A stretch of 32,000 nucleotides of DNA, taken from the NCBI GenBank assembly GCA_963704705.1, contig OY969931.1:1200001-1232000 (forward strand). Direction: 5' to 3'. The DNA is from an uncultured bacterium (GTDB taxonomy: Bacteria; Patescibacteriota; Gracilibacteria; UBA1369; PNNO01). Shown here one piece after another: positions 8,331 to 15,376 of the stretch. Each line of letters starts with the position of its first letter. Position 1 is the stretch's first letter. Below the pieces are notes generated by a model. That model had not been told where the DNA came from. It was given only the letters and a program-made list of their open reading frames with translations, and searched no databases. The position numbers and the translations under genes are program-made.

Positions 8331-8463
8331 GCCTAACAGGTGTATGTTCGGCTACACTCGCTTTGCTCGTTTCGCCCATATTTGTTTTGTTTGTTTAGGT
8401 GGTGATAAAATTATACCGCCACGCTCACGGCGGCAAACATCGCACATACACCGGACGTTGGCC
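8331..8463 (+). repeat. attC11 (left core doubled)
   Basis: AAATACAACAACGCCTAACAGGTGTATG ... CACATACACCGGAC GTTGGCC; body very similar to attC5. Confidence 0.85.
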
Positions 8464-8511
8464 GAAATATTTTGTGGTATAATATGTTTGATATTCTTTA
8501 AATTATAAACT

Positions 8512-8853
8512 ATGCCGTTTCTCTACTTCCCGATCATTCTACTGATCATCGAATTCCTTATTATCATGCCAATCCCGCTCTTTGTAGCAGGCAGGTTGAT
8601 GAAATTACCAATAAAATATACTGAAGCTTTATGGATTACTTTATTCGCTGGTATTATTGGATCACTTGCCTCAATGGCACATATCTTAGTGGGTTTAGCT
8701 GTGTTTTTAGGAATTCTTTATTATGAGTTGAATAATAAGTTTCATCCTAAACCAATAAAGATTATTTTAATAATTCTTATAGATCTTGCTGTAGTTATTG
8801 GAATAGAGTTTCTAAAACCTTATTTATTATATGGTGGACTCTCACTAATGTAG
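8512..8853 (+). CDS. Multi-TM small membrane protein (cassette 11)
   Basis: 113 aa, 3-4 hydrophobic segments, fills the cassette. Confidence 0.7.
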   Translation: MPFLYFPIILLIIEFLIIMPIPLFVAGRLMKLPIKYTEALWITLFAGIIGSLASMAHILVGLAVFLGILYYELNNKFHPKPIKIILIILIDLAVVIGIEFLKPYLLYGGLSLM

Positions 8854-8865
8854 TTGAAATACTTC

Positions 8866-8925
8866 GGCCAACAGGCGTATATACTGTTCCGCTACTCTCC
8901 ATGTAAACTCTGTTTATTTATAAAA
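8866..8925 (+). repeat. attC12, degenerate (left arm only)
   Basis: GGCCAACAGGCGTATATACTGTTCCGCT resembles attC4/attC8 left arms; no CGGACGTT right core follows. Confidence 0.65.
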
Positions 8926-8961
8926 GGAGTATGATGTATTTAATTAACCTTACTGTAAACT

Positions 8962-9117
8962 ATGATAAAAGGAAATTTTATTGGTGCGGCAATCGTTGCA
9001 ATAATCTACACGGTCTATATTTTAATGAACCCCCTTCCAACAAAATGGCAAATGGTGTTGGTATTAGTGGTTCTTAATGCTTTGACTATCGTGTTGATGT
9101 CTTTTGCATTCAAATAA
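8962..9117 (+). CDS. Short two-TM protein, below the ORF-track cutoff
   Basis: 51 aa MIKGNFIGAAIVAIIYTVYILMNPLPTKWQMVLVLVVLNALTIVLMSFAFK. Confidence 0.5.
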   Translation: MIKGNFIGAAIVAIIYTVYILMNPLPTKWQMVLVLVVLNALTIVLMSFAFK

Positions 9118-9200
9118 AAACACCAATAATCTACTTTAGTAAAAGCTCTTGAGAACTTATGATATTATATAAATGTCATAAATTTTGCTAAAGAATAAAT

Positions 9201-9971
9201 ATGGCCATAAAAAATTTTATTAACTGGAAATTATACTTCTTATTACTGGCGGCAAGCGTAATTTCAATTGTTGCGATTATGCCGTATGTACTAACCATTC
9301 AGGCAGATGCATTAAAAAACCTCCCGATTTCATTGCCTTTATTGGTATTAATTTCAGTTATTCAAAGCACCGTGCTATTTGCAATTTTTCTTTTAATTGG
9401 TTTAAAACTTGCAAAAACACTTGGATTGCGAATTCCCATTCTTGAAAGTTTTATTGCCAAAAAAAAGCCAGATGTAGATGTTAAATCGATTATTAAATTA
9501 TCTGTATTGCTCGGTATTTTGTCAGGGATAGCAATTGTTTTATTTGACTTTGTATTTTCAAAACTGGGTGTAAATTTGATGGAACAGGTACATGCTCCTG
9601 CATGGCAGGGATTTTTAGCTTCATTCTATGGCGGAATAAGTGAAGAAATTGTGATGAGATTATTTTTCATGGCTTTAATAATCTGGCTAATTAGCAAAAT
9701 ATTTAGATTAAAAGGCAAAGCGATTGAAAACAATTTACTAATGTGGACGGCAATTATTATTGCCGCGATTATATTCGGTCTTGGACATTTACCAATTACT
9801 GCAGCAATAACAACTATAACCCCAATGGTGTTCTTACGTGCCATTTTACTAAACGGAATCGGGGGCGTTGTGTTTGGATGGCTCTATTGGAAAAAAGGCC
9901 TGGAATCAGCCATGATTGCTCATTTCTCAGCAGATATAATATTACATGTATTGCTGCCGTTATTGTTTTAA
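9201..9971 (+). CDS. CPBP-family intramembrane metalloprotease (CAAX/Abi-like)
   Basis: 256 aa multi-TM; EEIVMRLFF, FGLGHLP and HFSADI motifs. Confidence 0.85.
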   Translation: MAIKNFINWKLYFLLLAASVISIVAIMPYVLTIQADALKNLPISLPLLVLISVIQSTVLFAIFLLIGLKLAKTLGLRIPILESFIAKKKPDVDVKSIIKLSVLLGILSGIAIVLFDFVFSKLGVNLMEQVHAPAWQGFLASFYGGISEEIVMRLFFMALIIWLISKIFRLKGKAIENNLLMWTAIIIAAIIFGLGHLPITAAITTITPMVFLRAILLNGIGGVVFGWLYWKKGLESAMIAHFSADIILHVLLPLLF

Positions 9972-9996
9972 AATAAACTCCATTCTACAAGGTCGC

Positions 9997-10173
9997 ATAA
10001 TGTGGTCAAAACGGAGGGACCAAATGGATATTCTGAATGGTAAAAAGGACTTGGGGTTGCTGGACTCGATCTGCGCGATGATGGAAAGCATCATGATGGG
10101 TCTGGCCAGCATTCCCCTGGGTATCATGCATGAGCTCGGCCTCATCAAGATCCCACTCAGATTCTGGATCTGA
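9997..10173 (+). CDS. Orphan small ORF of atypical composition
   Basis: In-frame ATG 9997 (MWSKRRDQMDILNGKKDLGLL...LRFWI); GC-rich relative to its surroundings. Confidence 0.3.
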   Translation: MMWSKRRDQMDILNGKKDLGLLDSICAMMESIMMGLASIPLGIMHELGLIKIPLRFWI

Positions 10174-10301
10174 CCCCTTCTCTCCCCTGCCTGCTGCTCC
10201 CTAATTCTTGGGGCGTGGCAGGCATCTATTCTAACTAGAGGGTATTGACAAATTTAGCTGTTTATTTATAATAGTAATCTTTAGACTATAATTACTTAAT
10301 T

Positions 10302-10595
10302 ATGAGTAGAAGATTAGAAGAATTTGCAGAATCTCGGGGGATTAGTCCGACTGATGCCGGAAGCCTGATTCTTGCAGCAGCGGCTGAAAATTATTTAACG
10401 GATTTGCCCGCAGATGAACTTAAGGAACTTGGTATTCATGAAGGCGATGATGCAGTAACCGTAATAGAAAAGATCAATCAAAAGCTTATGGTGATCACTG
10501 CAGAACTCGATACTTTAAGAACGAATCATGACCCAGATGAAGGAGCAGTACTTGTTAAAAAATACATGTTATTTGATATTTTAGAGTTGCTATGA
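10302..10595 (+). CDS. Hypothetical protein
   Basis: 97 aa ORF overlapping the next start by 4 nt. Confidence 0.65.
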   Translation: MSRRLEEFAESRGISPTDAGSLILAAAAENYLTDLPADELKELGIHEGDDAVTVIEKINQKLMVITAELDTLRTNHDPDEGAVLVKKYMLFDILELL

Positions 10596-10972
10596 ATGAA
10601 AATCCTCCAATAAATGAATTATCGAATCCGGATAGGAACAGTATTGATGCTTATGGTTTTACAGTAGATTATTTGAATGAATTACCATCCCGGGACTTTG
10701 AAGAAAATCCTGCAGTTTTCGCCATGTATATGGAATATTATAAAAGCGGCGAAGCTAAAACATATTCTGAAAAATATAAAGACAGACCGGAAATCATAGA
10801 AGCCAGTGATCCTCAAATAGTTGCAAAAATCGATTCAATAATGCTTCAAATTATTGAAGCTGCCAAAAGAGATAATGAAGAAAAAGTTAAAGAATTAATT
10901 AAAACCGCAACTTTTAAATTGGATTGTGTTATTGTATTCCAGTATGAATATTTTACTAACCTAATAATATGA
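10592..10972 (+). CDS. Hypothetical protein
   Basis: 126 aa ORF, translationally coupled spacing on both sides. Confidence 0.65.
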   Translation: MNENPPINELSNPDRNSIDAYGFTVDYLNELPSRDFEENPAVFAMYMEYYKSGEAKTYSEKYKDRPEIIEASDPQIVAKIDSIMLQIIEAAKRDNEEKVKELIKTATFKLDCVIVFQYEYFTNLII

Positions 10973-11922
10973 AAAAAATGATCGCTCTGGGTATTGCAAT
11001 TACCCTGACACTCGGACTTGGCGGATGTAACTGGTTTGCTCCTGCTGAAACCGAAACAACAACCGAACCTGAAACGAAAGTAATGGATGAAAAACCTGTA
11101 ACTTCAGAAATAGTCGATACAGAAGACTATATTTATGACAAGCAAACAGGCGAATTGCTAAATGCTAACACTGATGAAGTTCTTTATGAAAATCCGGATC
11201 ATCCTGACCTTGTTTTGTATGTTCTTGGATTGGATGGCGACAAGTTGATTCTATTTAAAACAGGCAGCGATAATTCTCCTGGTCCTGGTTTTGCATATGA
11301 AGTTTGGTTTAGTGAACCGGTTGCAGACAGCCTCTATTATCTTGATCTAAAAAATCCTGAAAAAGGTTTGATGACATATGTTGTTCCAGAAGCTAAAAAA
11401 GAACAGGAAAGAGTAAAACTTGAAAACTTTGTTAATCAATTTGATGAAGAAGGACCAGCTGAACCGCTTCTTTATTCAACTGATGGTGTTGATACAACAG
11501 TAACAAAAGATGAATCAACTTTTGACCTTAGTGCTGAACATTTTGAAGCAATGGCTGATGAATGCGGTACAACTTATGATGCTGACCACTTTGTTAATCT
11601 TGTTGATGATTACGCAAACACACCTAAATACACATATTCATTTAAATATAACGGTGAAAGCCAGGACCCTGACACCTTCACAGTAACTGTTCTTTTAAAC
11701 AGAATGGAATATGCTAATCTTGATGAAGTAAAAGCTGACTTTGATCAGTGTTTTGCAGGAGGAGATATGTATCCTATCGCTGTAACAAACTCTTTAATAC
11801 TATTTGAAAGTTCATGCGGCACAGGATTTGATGACGGCTCAGGAAATCCAAATGGATGCGCTGAAATTAAAGATGTGGTTGGACCAACACTTGAATTGAA
11901 TTCACAGTATGGTTCTTTATAG
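10969..11922 (+). CDS. Lipoprotein, unknown function
   Basis: 317 aa, lipobox LGGC (LTLGLGGCNWF), acidic secreted domain. Confidence 0.8.
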   Translation: MKKMIALGIAITLTLGLGGCNWFAPAETETTTEPETKVMDEKPVTSEIVDTEDYIYDKQTGELLNANTDEVLYENPDHPDLVLYVLGLDGDKLILFKTGSDNSPGPGFAYEVWFSEPVADSLYYLDLKNPEKGLMTYVVPEAKKEQERVKLENFVNQFDEEGPAEPLLYSTDGVDTTVTKDESTFDLSAEHFEAMADECGTTYDADHFVNLVDDYANTPKYTYSFKYNGESQDPDTFTVTVLLNRMEYANLDEVKADFDQCFAGGDMYPIAVTNSLILFESSCGTGFDDGSGNPNGCAEIKDVVGPTLELNSQYGSL

Positions 11923-12028
11923 AAAGAAATAGCTAAAGCCGGCGGATATATTTATTCGCTGGCTTTTTATTTACTTGCAGCTAAAAACACACTTTGATAC
12001 ATTAAATATAATAAGTAACCCTTTAATA

Positions 12029-12148
12029 ATGTTAGAAGCAATTTTTAGTCCGGCAACCTGGGGATCACCTATTGGCCTTGGGATTTTTTTGATTTGCTTT
12101 GCACTTTTTGTTTATATATTAAGTCTTGCAAACAAGAATAAAAAATGA
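12029..12148 (+). CDS. 39-aa single-TM microprotein, ATGA overlap with the next gene
   Basis: MLEAIFSPATWGSPIGLGIFLICFALFVYILSLANKNKK*. Confidence 0.5.
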   Translation: MLEAIFSPATWGSPIGLGIFLICFALFVYILSLANKNKK

Positions 12149-12891
12149 TTAATAAATCTATTTCTCTAAAAATTTACTTTATTCTGATTTTAATTCTGGG
12201 AATTCTTGCTGCTGTAAGTATTTATATCCCCTATTCCACTATGCTTGAAACGGCTGAATTACCTGCATCAAAACCAGTAATAGCTGCGGTGAGTTTTCTA
12301 ATAATGTTGGTTTTGTATGGAGGGCTGGGATTAATCGGTCTTAAATTATCGAAGAAATTGGGCTTTCCTGATCTTTGGGATATTAACATCAATAATAAAC
12401 AAAGATTATTAAAACCTTTGATTTGGGGTGCTGTTATCGGAGTGATATTTATTATTTCGGATTTGGTTTTTAGCAATGTTTTTGGAATAGATAGGATTCC
12501 GCATCCTGCTTTTCCTTTTTCAATAATCGCTTCAATAAGCGCGGGAATTGGCGAAGAGCTGATGTTTAGATTGTTTTTTATTTCATTTTGGGTCTGGCTT
12601 ATTTCAAAAGTTATTCTAAGAGGAAGATGGCAAAATGGGATTTTCTGGATAATAGCTGTGATTTCGGGATTGCTATTTGCTGCCGGTCACATACCTTCTG
12701 TTCTGGTTTTATATGATTTTAAATATGTATCTGATATACCAGCAGCTTTAATGGCTGAAATATTTATATTAAATACCCTGCTTTCTCTGCCGGCAGCACA
12801 TTTTTTTAGAAAATACGGTATTTTGGCAGCTATGGGATTACACTTGTGGACCGATATAGTCTGGCATGTAATTTATGGATTTTTCTCATGA
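12145..12891 (+). CDS. CPBP-family intramembrane metalloprotease
   Basis: 248 aa; GEELMFRLFF, AAGHIPS and HLWTDI motifs. Confidence 0.85.
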   Translation: MINKSISLKIYFILILILGILAAVSIYIPYSTMLETAELPASKPVIAAVSFLIMLVLYGGLGLIGLKLSKKLGFPDLWDININNKQRLLKPLIWGAVIGVIFIISDLVFSNVFGIDRIPHPAFPFSIIASISAGIGEELMFRLFFISFWVWLISKVILRGRWQNGIFWIIAVISGLLFAAGHIPSVLVLYDFKYVSDIPAALMAEIFILNTLLSLPAAHFFRKYGILAAMGLHLWTDIVWHVIYGFFS

Positions 12892-13340
12892 GATACAATC
12901 ACACACAAATCGGTTATTTAATGATCGTAATTACAATACTTATTGCAGGTTTATTCGGTTTTATATTAATACAGGCCGGTGTAATAATAGCTATGCTGCT
13001 GATTATGATATTTATTCTATTTATTTTAGTTTCTTTTTCGACATTAAATGTAAGTATTGATGAAGAAAATTTAAAAATAAGATTTGGCTATGGAATCTAC
13101 AAAAAATCATTTAAATTAAATGAAATAGCTTCATCAAAAATAGTGCGGAATCACTGGTATTTTGGATGGGGAATCAGATTCTGGTTTTGGCCTCCGACGT
13201 GGATCTATAATGTTTCAGGTTTTGATGCTGTTGAATTAAAGATGAAAGATGGCAGCAGATTCAGGATTGGGACTGATGAACCTGAAAAACTTGAAAATTC
13301 AATATTACAATCAATAAATTGGAAGGGGGTGGCGCAATGA
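12888..13340 (+). CDS. Membrane protein with PH-like domain
   Basis: Start taken as ATG 12888 (ATGA overlap); two TM segments then FGYGIYKKSFKLNEIASSKIVRN...LKMKDGSRFRIGTDEPEKLENSI. Confidence 0.65.
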   Translation: MRYNHTQIGYLMIVITILIAGLFGFILIQAGVIIAMLLIMIFILFILVSFSTLNVSIDEENLKIRFGYGIYKKSFKLNEIASSKIVRNHWYFGWGIRFWFWPPTWIYNVSGFDAVELKMKDGSRFRIGTDEPEKLENSILQSINWKGVAQ

Positions 13341-13522
13341 AAAACAATGGAAAAGAATGGCTTTACGGAATAATTTCCGAAGTCTCATTATTTGCATTTT
13401 TATACTATGTTCAATACTTATTGAATGTAGACGGAAACCTATGGCTTAGCACTTTAATTCTATGGGCATTATTAAATATTGCAATTGTATTATGCCCGGT
13501 TGTAAGAAAATGCTATAAATAA
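13337..13522 (+). CDS. Small two-TM hypothetical protein
   Basis: MKNNGKEWLYGIISEVSLFAFLYYVQYLL...; start taken as the internal Met of ORF 13319-13522. Confidence 0.55.
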   Translation: MKNNGKEWLYGIISEVSLFAFLYYVQYLLNVDGNLWLSTLILWALLNIAIVLCPVVRKCYK

Positions 13523-13534
13523 TATATAGTATTC

Positions 13535-13609
13535 GCCCCGCTTAGCGGGGCTCATGCTACGCTCGCGATATGTTTTCGCTCGCGAGAGACTCGCTAAAGC
13601 TTCGTCTCT
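13535..13609 (+). promoter_or_regulatory. Cluster of three hairpins directly before the phosphorylase start codon
   Basis: GCCCCGC/GCGGGGC, CTCGCG/CGCGAG, AGAGAC/GTCTCT; the last abuts ATG 13610. Confidence 0.4.
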
Positions 13610-15289
13610 ATGGACTTTAAAAAATTAAAAACCGCCTTCTTCAGTATGGAGATAGGCATTAAAGATGCAATTCCCACTTATTGTGGTGGTTTGGGGATTC
13701 TTGCCGGTGATGCACTTGCAAGCAGTGCTGATTTGAAAATGGCTATTGTTGGCGTAACCCTCCTTTACAGAAAGGGTTATTTTAAACAAAAAATTGATGA
13801 AAACGGTAATCAAAGCGAAGAAGATCAACAATGGGATCCAAATGAAGAACTGATTAAACTCGAAAATACAATTAAGATTCGAATAAAAGGCGAGGATGTA
13901 ACTGTTGGCTGCTGGATGTATGAAATGGAAGGGCTTTCGGGAATCAAAAATCCAATACTTTTTTTGGATACTGACATTGAAGGAAACTCAGAATACTTCA
14001 GAAGGGTTTGCGACAGGCTTTATCAGGGAGACCACAGGGACCGAATAGCTCAGGAAATGATACTTGGTATAGGAGGTGTAAAAATGCTTACAAGCCTCGG
14101 CTGTGATATAAAAAAATATCATATGAATGAAGGCCATATCTCCTTTTTAACACTTGAATTATATAAAGAAATCGATTCGCCCGATAAAATAAACGAGATA
14201 AGAAAAAAATGTATTTTCACAACACATACTCCGCTTCCTGCCGGTCATGATGTTTTTGATGAAGGCCTTGTTTGGGAAATGGCCGGTGAATATATTCCCA
14301 ATAAAGCTGAGTTTGATGTTTTTAAAGATGGAGCGCTAAATATGACTTTGCTTGGTCTGGAATTCAGCGGCTTTATAAACGGGGTTGCAAGAAAACACAG
14401 GAAAGTATCAAAAACAATGTTTCCGGAATATGAAATAGAATCAATTACAAATGGTGTTCATCCTGTATTCTGGACTTCTGATCCTTTTATAAAGGTATTT
14501 GATGAATATATTCCGGAATGGAAAGGAACGCCCGAGAGCTTAAGGGCTGCCATAAATATCCCTGATGAAAAAATCCAGGATGCGCATATGGATGCCAAAA
14601 GATATTTAATTGAATATGTTAAAAAAACAACGGATATTGACCTTGATATGAATAAATTCACTATTGCTTTTGCAAAAAGATTCGTTAAATACAAAAGACC
14701 TGATTTGATTTTTCATGATATAGAAAGGCTTAAATCAATTGTTAAAGAAAAAGGCGCTATTCAGCTAATCTTTTCAGGCAAGGCCCATCCGGGTGACGAA
14801 GAAGGAAAATCATTATTACGGAAAATCTTTGAAATAAAAAACACTTTAAATGATCCAAACATAACAATTGTTTTTCTTGAAAATTACGGAATTGAAGCAG
14901 CCAGATTTTTAACATCCGGCTGTGATATCTGGCTTAATAATCCACGAAGGCCTTATGAAGCCTGCGGTACTTCGGGTATGAAAGCTGCTTTAAATGGCAT
15001 GCCGCATTTTTCTGTTCTGGATGGATGGTGGCTTGAAGGGCATATTGAAGGAGTAACAGGGTGGAGTATCGGTCTGCATCCTTATGACGCAAATTTTGAT
15101 CAGGATGTGAGCCCTGATGATGAAGCAGAGGACCTTTATAAAAAATTAAATGACGAAATTTTGCCGATGTTTTATAACGACAAGAAAAAATGGTGCAAAA
15201 TCATGAAAGACTGCATTGCAATCAATGGTTCATTTTTCAATACGCACAGAATGATTGAACAATATGAAATGGAAGCTTATTTAAAATAG
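13610..15289 (+). CDS. glgP: Alpha-glucan (glycogen/starch) phosphorylase, GT35, short form
   Basis: 559 aa; YCGGLGILAGDALASSADL, HTPLPAGHD, KYKRPDL, SGKAHPGD and NNPRRPYEACGTSGMKAALNG motifs. Confidence 0.93.
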   Translation: MDFKKLKTAFFSMEIGIKDAIPTYCGGLGILAGDALASSADLKMAIVGVTLLYRKGYFKQKIDENGNQSEEDQQWDPNEELIKLENTIKIRIKGEDVTVGCWMYEMEGLSGIKNPILFLDTDIEGNSEYFRRVCDRLYQGDHRDRIAQEMILGIGGVKMLTSLGCDIKKYHMNEGHISFLTLELYKEIDSPDKINEIRKKCIFTTHTPLPAGHDVFDEGLVWEMAGEYIPNKAEFDVFKDGALNMTLLGLEFSGFINGVARKHRKVSKTMFPEYEIESITNGVHPVFWTSDPFIKVFDEYIPEWKGTPESLRAAINIPDEKIQDAHMDAKRYLIEYVKKTTDIDLDMNKFTIAFAKRFVKYKRPDLIFHDIERLKSIVKEKGAIQLIFSGKAHPGDEEGKSLLRKIFEIKNTLNDPNITIVFLENYGIEAARFLTSGCDIWLNNPRRPYEACGTSGMKAALNGMPHFSVLDGWWLEGHIEGVTGWSIGLHPYDANFDQDVSPDDEAEDLYKKLNDEILPMFYNDKKKWCKIMKDCIAINGSFFNTHRMIEQYEMEAYLK

Positions 15290-15376
15290 TTCTGATGCAA
15301 CAGAAATTCAAAACACGTTGCTTCAATGCATATAACGTAATACAATATAGGGAGTTATTATTAAATCCCCTTTCAA

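Larger units (their letters stand above)
1..8930 (+). mobile_element. Integron gene-cassette array (distal part; integrase and attI not in window)
   Basis: Recurrent 100-150 nt imperfect palindromes, each starting RYYYAAC-like and ending GTTRRRY-like, separated by short ORF-bearing segments. The cassette start after G/TT is complementary to the segment before the next site. Last site is degenerate. Confidence 0.88.

Noticed and set aside
83-8463. CRISPR array explanation for the regularly recurring repeats
   Set aside because: Units are 100-420 nt imperfect palindromes separated by 80 nt to 1.3 kb of coding DNA, with variable sequence but a fixed core logic. No short direct repeats with 30-40 nt spacers.
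83-8463. Simple rho-independent terminators or REP elements explanation for the palindromes
   Set aside because: Some inner arms look terminator-like, but the RYYYAAC/GTTRRRY ends, the fixed polarity and the cassette start/end complementarity need the attC explanation.
8312-12891. CPBP proteases as part of a new defence system near the array
   Set aside because: CPBP (Abi) family proteins are common housekeeping membrane proteases; they lie outside the array and no partner nuclease, NTPase or toxin is nearby.
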